From NCBI GenBank assembly GCA_024704765.1, contig JAKMXF010000360.1, forward strand, positions 1 through 59,933: a DNA stretch of 59,933 nucleotides, written 5' to 3'. How positions within the stretch are numbered: the first letter of the stretch is position 1; each line of letters begins with the position of its first letter. Under the pieces are notes generated by a model that was given only the letters and a program-made list of their open reading frames with translations, ran no database searches and was not told the origin of the DNA. The stretch is from Oopsacas minuta. Its lineage: Eukaryota > Animalia > Porifera. Position numbers and translations under genes: made by a program. Of the stretch, positions 49,101-59,933 are shown piece after piece.

Positions 49101-49393
49101 TACATCTGCTGAGAACATAAACATTATATTTTGTATTTTGTGGGAAATTTTGTGCATGCTAATAATATCAATAAAAATTATCTACTCATAGGAATAATTT
49201 GATAACATTTTCGACAAGTCAGGGAGGTGATTGAGATCGCCTTAGATAATCTTGTTGTATATCGGGCCCGATAAAATATTAAAACCTAAGCGGGAAAATC
49301 AAAATATCTAGACATGTTTCAAGTCTTCACTCGTAAAGAGGGGCCCCCGAAATGTATTGTCTCAGGGCCTCTTGCTGGCTATCCGTAGTACTG
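46140..49393 (+). mobile_element. hAT (ZMYM1/DUF4371-like) element, decayed, split by a nested DD37D element
   Basis: SGVEKRKQKK, ALAFRG, NGNFLGILELISHYD, YYSIKVDPTPHSSHKEQ, RQGYNY before the insert; LSGTR*TDRVASVRPF after it. TIR-like ...ATCCGTAGTACTG at 49393. Start is approximate. Confidence 0.8.
47395..48631 (-). mobile_element. maT-like DD37D element, 1237 bp, nested
   Basis: TA|CAGGGTGTCAA ... TTGACACCCTG|TA. HPRSGRP, ILFSDEKIFTVEE, QQDSVPAH, SSPDLNPLDY. Confidence 0.9.
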
Positions 49394-50559
49394 CTAGGTA
49401 GTAAAACATTTGGTTTCCAGCCGTAACATCCAAGAATGAGGAACTGGGATAACCATTTCAATTTATCTTGAGTTAGATGTAACTGATAAAACCTCATGGA
49501 AATTTGACTATTCAGGAAGAAATCTGAACAATTTCAAACTTTCAGAAATCGATAAGGCCGTAGGAGCCAGCACATCAATATTACAATTATATAAATCGAG
49601 ATAGTGAGATGTCATGAATGCCGCAGCAATCATTGTTAATTTCCTACGTCCCTATATATAAACTTGTATTTCTTCATACACGTGTTCGAGATAATAGGAG
49701 TTGACATTATACGATTAAAGGAAGAATATTAAGCTCGAATTTAGCCCTAAACATAAGGTAAATATTTCCGTATCTTTTTGTTGAATGCGGGCAAATATCA
49801 GTATGAACTTACCAGCCCTCTAGATATTTAATTGAAATAGCGGATAGAGGTTCCAGCGATTTCACAAATGTTGTTTCGTACACTGCTCATAACTATGATT
49901 GAAAGCTGCATCTGTCACCTATACATGTATCAATCCCTATGCATATATTTGCCTTTATCGTAGCTAGACATTATAAAATTTATCAAGTATTCGGGTTAAA
50001 AGAAACGCTTAAGCCCTTTTGGAAATAATGAGAGGTTTCCTGAATTAATTATCCTTTCGGAATGTGGTGGAAATTATGTGAATCTTATATATGAAACCAC
50101 ATTCAAAAGAATGAGTGTGTACTCATATGCAAGGAATTCTATTCTAGGCCATTCCTTAGCTTGTTGGTGTTTATTTATATGACAATTTATTAAGATAGAT
50201 ATAATCATAGAACTAAATATGGTCAATATCACCCTGTCGAATGGGTTAACAAATATACTATCATACACTTGAATAGAAAAATAACAAGCTAAAAGACTTG
50301 AAAGGGAAGTCGGATATCTTGGTTTGCAACAGCTTGGAGACCCTGCGATCACCCACGAGGTGTTCATAGGCGCTCAGATCCATCGATCCGTTCATAATTC
50401 CTGTTTCACCTAGACCCGTAGCGTACGGAGAAGCGATTCGATGGCCTGAGCGAGACCGAGGTAGAGGAGGGAATAGGTGTTAGCTCCTTATCAGCCCCAT
50501 AGTTAGTGTCTATCTTCAGCGTATCCTCCTCTTTGATCGAGATTATCATCTTTCAGGGC

Positions 50560-51062
50560 CTTTGAAATCCTCCAGCCCAGCGCGAGAGCCTAATCCTTAG
50601 CCAATTGTCGCAACATGGGACTGGTCACAGTCTCACCTTGTTCTCGCGCAAATCTTAGAAATCCCACCACCAACTCCTCGATTTCTCCATATTTAGTTCC
50701 ACCTTCACGCGCTTGCGCTTGGAGCCAATTCTTGCGCAGCCTGATGCACTTTATCTTTGTTCTTTTTGAACATCTCGATAGAGCTAGTATCCACTCCGAA
50801 ATGTTCAGCCACCTTCCGAAGACAACTGCAGGGCTGCCTCAGCATATCTAGAACTGCCTTGAGTTGCTCACATGTTAGCAGAGAGTATTTGGGATCCGAC
50901 TTATGTGCCATGAAAGACTAACAATAAACTTGGTATTAATAAATGCTCGAAATCTAAGACAGTTTCGGCCCGGTACGATGGAGGTATTTCTAAGGGATGG
51001 AATCAAATACCAGGGGCTGTGTCTCAGTAAGAGGGTTTCCCGATAAGCGGTAGTGCACATTA
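50560..51062 (-). mobile_element. pogo/Tigger-like 5' fragment (two CENP-B-type HTH domains, no DDE seen)
   Basis: MAHKSDPKYSLLTCEQLKAVLDML...LRKVAEHFGVDTSSI (fs) KYGEIEELVVGFLRFAREQGETVTSPMLRQLAKD*ALALG. TIR-like GTGCACTACCGCTTATCGG near 51060. Confidence 0.65.
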
Positions 51063-51796
51063 ATCGTAGCAGAATAATTCTGGTAGATCTAGATAGACGA
51101 TCGTATAAGCTTCATTGTAAATTTAGAGCTAATGTATAAATTACATTCGAGATCAAATAAGAGGATGAGGTCGGTAAGTTTTTGAACGCCCGTTGTATAT
51201 AGGCATTTTCTCATAATATCCAATGTTATCAATATGATTATGTATCTCATAATTCAAATAAATATACCCCTCTAATACAGATAATGCTTCAAAGATGCAT
51301 CTTTGTGTTAAGAAGGGCAATACCATTGGATTTCACAGCTAATTGGCGAATTCCTCATCACATCTATATAGTCATGCAATTGCCAATACTTGTTGTCAAT
51401 CTTTTCAATGTGTTAAAATTAAACAGCATCCAAAAGTTTCATTTGTGAAACCCAATGAAATTTTGGACAAACTCCCTGGATAAGTTCCAGTTATTTCAAA
51501 ATTACTATATACTTTAGCATTTTGGGTATAATTTGCATCAAAATATGTCTATAATGAATACACTGCGCTCCAAATGAAACAAGTGTGAGGGATGATAAAA
51601 ATTGTCCGTAATGTGAAACATAAATTCTGATGTAGCAATTGTTTCTTGTTCTTCCTTATTTCGTCTGCCTATATTAAATTTTCATTGATCGGACATATTT
51701 ATGATTACCATTGAGTTGTGGCGTGCTCGCATTGGATTGCACTGTCTTCGCAATGGCCTAATTGTTCCAAAACTTCATTTGAATCTCTCATTTGTC

Positions 51797-52015
51797 TCAT
51801 TTCGTAGTAATTATGCTTATTTCCCCTAAAGAACAATATTTTAATATTAATGTACTATCTTGTACCGAATATGAAACTTGAGTTGGAGTGATTGGTCCTG
51901 GGTTTATCTCGATGCCACCAATGAAGAGCAGAATTGAAAGTACACAGGCGCACAGAGTAGATATAAGTATAGGCAACCTAACGTTAGAGTTTTCTCTTGA
52001 TCTGGTTCCGAAATA
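51797..52015 (-). pseudogene. Open frame carrying a 2A-like StopGo motif, probably a decayed LINE ORF 5' end
   Basis: YFGTRSRENSNVRLPILISTLCACVLSILLFIGGIEINPGPITPTQ...*. Motif at 51919-51893. No in-frame ATG; the nearest ATG is out of frame just upstream. Confidence 0.5.
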
Positions 52016-52150
52016 TTATCATATATACAGCCTATCCGACGGATTCCGGTCATCCTTTGGTTGCCGTTTTGGTAACGTTAGACTGTATTTATATACAAAT
52101 AGAATAATAATAAGGGCCCAATAAAATGTGTTTACGTCCATGATTACATA

Positions 52151-52791
52151 CAGGGGGACAGTAAAGTTCAGTTACACTATAATTTGTGAATAACTCCGCA
52201 ACTATTTAATTGATATAATTCAAATTTCTCTTGAATATTAGGTAATATAGTACCGAATGATTTTGCAAAAATAACATTCAATATAGCCACCCGGATTCGT
52301 AACTACGGAAGGCATTCGTATCCTAAATTTTAGGACTTCGGTTCGCGGGTTTTCTTGTGGCATGCTATTCCATTCTCTGGCTGATGCGTTCAGTAGCGAT
52401 CTCAAAACATTTATGGGGTTCACCACAAGCCCTCTCCTTTAAATTACCCCACAATAGAATAATCCAGCGGATTGTAGTCAGAGGTGGAAGGTGGCCATTC
52501 CGTCTTTGACAAAAACTTGTTATTCCGCCCTCTGAGCCAGGACTGAGTCGCTTTTGAGGCACGATGAAGATGAGTCTGTTGGAATATCCATTCCTGATTT
52601 TTGAAAGGCGACGACCTGTATCTTTGAGTTCCGACTCGAGGATTAGCTTCCTGTACGTTCTGAGTCTATTTTTACTCTTTTCGGGATAAAAATCAGATCT
52701 GTCCTCGATTTCACCGTAACTGCTTTCCAAACCATAACAGATTGATGTTTCTGGACTCGATCAACAAATTTAACCTTTTCAGGGATGTCTT

Positions 52792-52833
<42 letters not shown>

Positions 52834-53484
52834 ATAAATCTTGTCATTTTGACGATTCGTGGCTTCCTCCACAGTGAAGAGCTTTTCATCGGAAAAATGA
52901 ATTTGTTCAAAATCTTGGGATGCGAGCCGCTGGAGGAGCACCTTGTATCTTTCGAGTCTCTTTTGATGAATTGATGGTGTCAGATGATGTATCATCATTC
53001 TGGAGAAATTTTAGTCCCAAGGCCTGAAATCCGAGTTTTCTAAGCGATTCACTGTTAATTTCCGATTCCTTGGCAATTTTTCGCATCGAGCGGCTGGGAT
53101 TTCACCCAACTCGACTTCTCACTGCCTTCCTGAGTCGGATGGATCTAGCGGTGGGTGGTCTCCCTGAACGAGCCTTGTCATCCCACTAGTCTCCCTAAAT
53201 ACCTTTATGGTTCGATACACCAGTATTCTATTCACTTCCTCTAGTTTAAGCTTCTTCAAAATTTCTGTTGGTGCATTACCAGAAAAATAGTGAATAATGA
53301 TTTTGGAACTTGCATCTACCATGATGTATGAAAATGTACTAGACGCTAAACTGTATCAAATGCTATTGTAACTCGACTATAACCAAGTAAAGTTAACGAA
53401 CAAAGACTAGTGATTAAGGTTACACTGTAAACATAGTAGTCAGCGACTGTACAATCATTGTAACAGAACTTAATTGCCACCCTG
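52151..53484 (-). mobile_element. maT-like DD37D element, 1334 bp
   Basis: TA|CAGGGGGACAGTAAAGTTCAGTTACA and CAGGGTGGCAATTAAGTTCTGTTACA (21/26), TA on both sides. IHFSDEKLFTVEE, SVMVWKAV, EWPPSTSDYNPLDY. Confidence 0.9.
52792..52833. repeat. (TAG)14 microsatellite inside the transposase
   Basis: 14 exact TAG units. Confidence 0.97.
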
Positions 53485-54474
53485 TATATTAATTTTGTCT
53501 CTAGAATTACCATGGGACATCAGGCTAATGATATGTGAAATGGTCTCCACAGTTCATTCTTTTGAAGCTCTCATCAGCAAGTTAATCAGCGGGTCTTATC
53601 CATATACACTACATCGGCGAATGTAATTGTTATCCCATAATTTAATAGTTCAGTATGCTGTAAATATATATAGATATAAAATATAAGGTCTTGTATAAAG
53701 TACAGAACAAAATTTGGCATAAGGGAACCAGTTGCTGGATCTCAGGATTAGAAGATGAGATAATACATTCTCTGTTTATGTTATTGACTAATAAATTAAG
53801 TGATAGGATAAAGTATTCTCCTGCTTGACAGACTTATCTTTGATGTCAATAATTCAATTCCGAATACCTACATTGTTGAAAAGTGGTTCATACATGTTAA
53901 ATCAAGCTTTGAAGTGGAAGATGCAAGTAGCATGTGTAATATATGTATTACACACACTATCGAAGTTTTCGTACAGTATATTGGAATCATTCGTTGTGTA
54001 AAATCAATAAGATAACTGATACTTGTATATTGGTGATAAATGGTTGGTATTTTATAATTGTTTAACAAATGGATTAAAATAGCTCTGGATACTAGATCTC
54101 AATTTATCTCTTTGAACCATCTTGAGGAAGAATTTTATAATATGAGAGTGGTATGATAATACTATAACATCTAATTATTTGTGTAAATTGATGCTGTTAT
54201 TGCTTGTGTAAGTATACAACTCTTTTCTGTGTAATTTAATACTGAATATTATCCCTATGAATGTATTTCAGATATTATCAGTATAAATGTTGGTATAATA
54301 TTATGTATGTGTACAGTATTGCATCTACGTAATGTTCAGTTTCAAATTTATAGAAGGATTGAATATGATTTTTACTTTTAGCATTACACATTCAGAATTA
54401 CAATAATGAACTGGAACTTTGGATTCTAGATACTTAAAGCTGAAATATCATTTCTAAAGATATTTACAAATATA

Positions 54475-55806
54475 CTAGGGCGTTCAATAAGTCTTGCGGG
54501 TGATATGATAGGATATGATACAAACACTATACACACTAATTCACTATATTATTTATTCAAAGTAATCCCCTCCTGCAGATACATAAAGTTTTAACCTTTC
54601 CACCCACTTGTAAAACACATTTCTGTACTCTTCTTCTGGGATGGATTTGAAGTACTGGTACAGACCCGTTCCGAGTCCTTGTAATGTGCTAAAATCTTTG
54701 CCTTGAAGGTAGATTTTAAGCTTGGAGAATAGCCCAAATCACACGGAGCTAGGTCTAGTGAGTAAGGTGAATGGGGAAGTTATTCTAAACCTTCTACATC
54801 CAAGAAATTGTGGTAAGCTTAGCAGTATGGGAACTGGCGTCATCAATTAAAATCTTCATTCCTCGAGTTCCGGTTTTCGGGCGGTACTTTTCTATATTGT
54901 TTATCAAGTTTGGAAGCACTTGCTGTGTAAAGAAAGTAGCAGTAACAGCCTCGCCACTCTCACAAGGTAATTGTAAGACAATTCCATGACTACTGAAGAA
55001 GATGGTATACATAATCTTAGGTTTTCTGAAGTCGGGCCTAGGAATTTTCGCCGGTTGTTCGTCGCCCCTCACCCATGATCGCTTCTTATACTTGCTATAT
55101 GGTGTTGAATAGTATACCCACGTCTCGTCACCAGTACTAATTTCTGTTAGGCGTCTAGAATCGCAGTTTTCATAAGTTTCCAAAGGTTTGTGGCAATATT
55201 CAGTCGTACCAACCTTTGATACTCACTGAACTTATGCGGGACTCATTTCCCACAAATCGATCGGTAGCCAAGCTCAGTCGTCAGAATTATGTGAATAGCT
55301 CCCGATGAAATCTCCATACTTTGTTCTAACTGATTGACAGTAATGCACTTGTCTTCCATGACCATACTTTCAATGAGTGCGATATTCTCTGAAGTGGTGG
55401 CGGATACCGGTCTTCCAGATCGAGGCAAATCTGTGACATCAGCATCACCAGATCTAAAACGGGCAGCCCATCGCTCTCCAGTAGATCTGGAAGGGCAATC
55501 CACGCACACTACCCCCTGTAACTCGCTGAAGATCTGTACGGGCTGGATCTTGAGTATTGTGCGAAACTCTATGTAAGCTCGCCATTTGAGGTTGAAATTA
55601 TCATCCTTAGAAGCCATAAATTCAACAGTGGGGATAAATTATCTACACGTAACTATCTCAAAAATTCATAATTTGTATTGAATAAGCTTGAAACTTTCAG
55701 CATATGGAGTTTAACTATATGGGCTTATAATATATGAAAGTTAGATTTATCACTTGACTAATTCCTAAGATATATCATGACCAGCAAGACTTATTGAACG
55801 CCCTGA
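54475..55806 (-). mobile_element. mariner copy B, 1332 bp, uninterrupted but non-functional
   Basis: TA|CTAGGGCGTTCAATAAGTCTTGC ... GCAAGACTTATTGAACGCCCTGA|TA. ORFs 55243-55617 and 54794-55183 are near-identical to those of copy A. Confidence 0.95.
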
Positions 55807-57415
55807 TACTTCTATTGGTGGTTAAAACTGCACAATTATAGTGATTGGTTGATGATTGTTAATTAACGAATTAAATAGAAGAACTTAAAATGTAACCACC
55901 AAATACCGTGACTCTACTTCCTTCATTGCTAGATACAACAATATTTTTAAGGAATTACGTCTGAAACAATTTCATGTAAGTGGTTCAAAGTATTTGTTTT
56001 TTATAATTAAATTAAGTAAATAAATGTGTATATATATGTATTTTCAACACATCTTAGAACTAAATAATGGAATTGTTGATGAAGACAGTTAGAATGGGAA
56101 TTATAATAAGTACAAATGTACAATAAATTATGAAAGGTAATTGAAAATTATTACACAAAAAATATTTAGAATAAAAAGTCTCAAAAAAGTAATAGTGACC
56201 CCTGGTCGTTTAAAGGAATTGAATTATAGGATACCAAAGAAGGAATCTGTAAATTTGAGGCGATTCTATTGATAAATTATTTCCAGAATAAAGTTCAAAG
56301 TTAGAGCTCGTAATTCACAAAATATCAGAAATTATCGATTTTAGAAGGTTGATGCGGGTGATAATTTTCAGTATTTCTGGATAAAATTGATATTGCTATA
56401 AACGTTTACATCTCATCTATTGATTAATATCAAAATAATTGAGATTCAGTTATATTTAAGGTGAGAAATATGAGTTGGAACTGAACTCACCCTTTGTAGT
56501 CCCCTTAAATACCCACTACCAACAAAAATTTGAATTGTCATAACTCGCCAGATTTCAATATTTTTTAATGAATAAATTTACATAAACTTTCATAATGCAC
56601 AAATGTCAATACGAATTTTCGGATTCGAATTCTGACTCTTAGGTGGTGTATTTTAATGAATTCGTTAACATGGGTGATTGATCAAATAATTCCTATAAAA
56701 AGTAAAAACTTTTACACAAAATCACATTGCGTATAACGTTTAACTCTTCTCTATCGAATGAGATTAATTTCTTTAAAGTTTGATAAGTGGAAGCGAGTTA
56801 AATTAGTGATTGAAGTATACATGGTCGAATAATCTGCTAACTTCACACTCTTCTACAATAATTATATACATACGATAGGTGATCCTTTGATTTTTGACTT
56901 GATTGCGATTGTGAACTCTTGGTTCCTCTCACTCATCGACTTACAATGGAGTCGAATCAGCTTAACATCCACTCTGTATGTGGTTCTACACTACCTCTTA
57001 CTGGGACAAATAGGCTAAATCCCCGATGTGTCCGGGTAAGTGGGAGTACACTGTATTAGTTTTCTTGATATAGTCATTTCAATGTACTGTGTTTCTACAA
57101 TCTTTGTACTTTCCACCAAAAAGAGGATTTAAAATTGCCTTTTGTATAGAATGTTATGAATGTATTCCATAGAATTCTAATGCACAAAAGCTATGACACT
57201 AACAATAATTTCAGGATGAGAAATTCGTTAAACAAAGGCCTGATTACACTGCTAAATGTTTTTGTCAGAAATTGTGCAGTTTGGCGAATGAATGTATTAT
57301 ACGCTGTAGAAATACACGCCATCAAGCTATAAAAAGCAAAGATTTGATAAATAACTCTAAATTTTCCTATCTTCGAAACCATGTAAGACATTAAATTTCT
57401 TTGATTGACATGTCA

Positions 57416-59110
57416 GAGCGTTTCCATATGTAACTAACGGGACATAGACAAATATTTATCGGATTTTTGACATTCATGAGATATATGGTGTAAATTCGTT
57501 CTGAATTGCGAGATATTTGTTCGGATCGTGTTAATAGTATTGCGTTAATTTTTATATACAAATTTTCAAACTCCAGATTTTTGAGTCTGACTGTGTGACT
57601 AATGGGACATTTTTCACCTTAAAGCTTATCCATATCAAGCGAGTCAACAATAGTTTCTGCTCATCTACTTACCTAAACATATTTTGTTGACTTTCGATGA
57701 TAACATTGATAATGCTAGTAGATATATCTAAATTGAATTATGAGAGAACTCCTATTCCTTTAACTATTGATCATCCAATGACTTTGACTAACGGGACAAA
57801 GTAGGATGTGACACAAATACTACCTAACAAGCTATTATTAGTAGTGCTAAATATCGATATCCAAATCCTCAGGAAATTCATAAACACCACGCCGCAAAAG
57901 AGGGCAAGGTAGTACTTGAATAACCTCGTTTTGTTGAATTACCACCTCGTCACTTTCATTTAGCAATATCCTCCTCTTTGTCAGTGCTTTGCCAAAGCAA
58001 ACATTCAGTTTGTCATCTGAAGAGTTGATACTAATTACAACAGCTACTAAACGTTTGTTTTTTTTAACAGCGTTTCCAGAATAAGCATGAGTTACGATTA
58101 CAAAAGATCCAGTTTGTAGTGATAAAGATCTATCAGCTACCGATCTCACAATGGTTGGCTCTTTTGACTTGGTGGTATAAAAGGGTGTAGAAGCAGTAGA
58201 ATAACTTTTCATTTCTATTTCGTCCTCTATAATTTGAAACTGATGAGCGTTTGATATTCCAGGTAAATTTACACTGCCATTTTCAAATAAGCTAACAAAT
58301 CCATATTTTTCATTTTCCTCCTTAACTTGCTGAGAAGATATGTGATAAATATTGATCTTTGAACAAGCTTCTAAGGCACACTCGTAAAATGTAATTGAAT
58401 CCTTAACAATTGCTCGTCGTTGGATTACTCTGGTTGCCACCTGCCTTTTTACAGTGCCACTTATAGCATCTACAAGTCCTTTGCAATGTGATGTGGCAAA
58501 AAAGTTCCATATAACTCTAATGTTGTTGATTTGTTCTAAGCACTTGAGCGATGCAGCAATAAAACGATTTTTGAATTGACTCCACGAACCATCCGACCAA
58601 ATATTAAGAATAGAAACTTCAGGATCAATTAATGACTTTATTAAGTGGTTAAGAAAGACAACGACGGAGTCTTTAGTATGCGCAATGTCATCTGATACTA
58701 TAATAGCAGATTAGATGTGTCGTCGTGCCAATATACTGCTGTTAAGATAGTGACCTGCGTTTTACTCCAATGAGTAGACTGGATTTCGTCTTGCCATATT
58801 GTGTTAAAACTTTCAGAAAAGTCGATCTGCATCATAGCAATATTCAAGTTATCATATAGGTGTACTTTCATGTAGTTGTAATGAGCGGCCTGTTTCCTTT
58901 TATAAAATGGTGCCAGTTGAAAGTAGGAAGCATTTCAAATAAAGAAATAGAAAGCTCACTTGGTAATCCAGCTTTATGAATCTTCTCCATTCTCTCTTTA
59001 CCATATAAGCCCACAATTTTTTCCCATTGAAACCATCGGATGAAGTTCTCTTCTCTAAGTTCACCATCTAGATATGTCTCTTGATCTGAATCTAAATCAA
59101 GTGTTAGTGG
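57416..59110 (-). mobile_element. Sola2-like transposon 3' part, decayed (transposase remnant 57847 to about 59110)
   Basis: MQIDFSESFNTIWQDEIQSTHW, IWSDGSWSQFKNRF and WNFFATSHCKGLVDAISGTVKR give a DDD triad. Possible end GAGCGTTTCC at 57416. Boundaries are approximate. Confidence 0.7.
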
Positions 59111-59933
59111 ATACTTTTCTATAAATAGTAGGCCGGATCGAGAAAAGTATACATCATCGCTTCAACTTCTACCTAAGGCAAAGGTTGCCTTTACTCTTTT
59201 CTAGGAAAATGCGAGACATAAATTTGAAAAATATTTCGAGTTGACCCTTGCGGTTTTATATTTTTGCTGTGTCACTTTCGCAAACTTGACTTTAAATCGT
59301 CCGAATTTTCTAATTCCTTTGACTTAGCCCCTTTAGATATATTATTTGGTAATAGTAAGTCGCATATTTGCTTTCGAATGGTGTATTAGGCTAATTTATA
59401 TGTCCAAAGATACTCGAGTTATCAAGATATTTTTTGCATATTCTATCATACCCTAATAATATTATCCACCCCCCTTTTATTCCGAAGATTTGCAAATGCA
59501 TAATTCTTACAAAAAATAGCTATATCCTCACCAAACTTAGTATAATTCTGTATCTAGATCCAAATTCATCAATAGATTACCACAAAGAAATTTTACCAAC
59601 TTTCCTTATCTCTTGCTCTTAACTTAGTTACCATTTATCTAGCATGGAATTTATGGTCAATTATTGTATCTGAATAAAAACTCACTCAAATGACTCATAT
59701 TATAGAGTGATTATATTCCTATAATTTATGTAATTTTGAATATGGTAGGATACACGCTTAGTATAGTAGTATTTCATCCTGTGTTTTTGGTTATCCTGGA
59801 CCCATCCCAGAAAATCTACCCCCAATAAAACTAGATCTATACAATCATTATAGTATGCTTAGAAATGAAGATTCTAAATCAACTAGAGATGATATAGCGA
59901 AAGATTAACTGAAGCATTAGTGCGTATCTATAA

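Noticed and set aside
49470-49900. LRR-like peptide HYLDLYNCNIDVLAPTAL and a 66-nt GTAAGT...TTTAG intron candidate (minus strand)
   Set aside because: A single repeat with in-frame stops and no coherent gene model; too weak to call.
51690-51815. RFX DBD-end look-alike GNKHNYYEMR as an exon
   Set aside because: Weak match, the downstream splice phase does not fit, and the region is better explained as the continuation of the 2A-bearing ORF.
52711-52998. Poly-Leu membrane-like ORF
   Set aside because: An out-of-frame reading of the (TAG)14 repeat in a broken transposase.
53540-53600. Hammerhead ribozyme from CTGATGAG (minus strand)
   Set aside because: No stem II closing onto GAAA and no stems I/III.
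53800-54420. Penelope/LINE RT remnant (similar signals at 24180-24470 and 59400-59933)
   Set aside because: No diagnostic RT motif could be read; left unannotated.
56200-56510. Kolobok-like MITE (TTAA...TTAA)
   Set aside because: The putative termini do not form a convincing TIR.

Overview
AT-rich eukaryotic (invertebrate animal-like) genomic DNA. It is almost entirely a graveyard of decayed DNA transposons around one recognisable host gene, an RFX1/2/3-type transcription factor on the minus strand (exons at about 19939-19683 and 18192-17109; I could not find its DNA-binding-domain exon by eye). I found no prokaryotic operons, rRNA, tRNA or CRISPR arrays. Transposon groups supported by motifs and/or TIRs: mariner DD34D (6 copies or fragments), Tc1-like DD37E (3), maT-like DD37D (3), pogo/Tigger, hAT (4), PIF/Harbinger (2), a piggyBac-type MITE, a Chapaev3-like fragment, Sola2-like, Ginger-like integrase, a Helitron Rep fragment, a MULE-like element and LINE remnants. 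Three nested insertions can be resolved at base level. Most ORFs in the supplied track are transposase fragments or their antisense shadows. The best leads are: (1) an apparently full-length but decayed Transib/RAG1-core-like element at 41203-43982, bounded by CACAGTG heptamer ends with asymmetric internal spacing; (2) a 2A-like StopGo motif (GGIEINPGP) behind a hydrophobic signal-like segment at 51893-51919; (3) a Ginger-like integrase with an unassigned C-terminal domain; (4) a piggyBac MITE filled with a tandem hairpin array; (5) two dead mariners that share their lesions but sit in different flanks. All family assignments come from motif recognition and manual translation, with no database searches. 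The transposase repertoire reminds me of a sponge-type genome, but that is an unverified impression.
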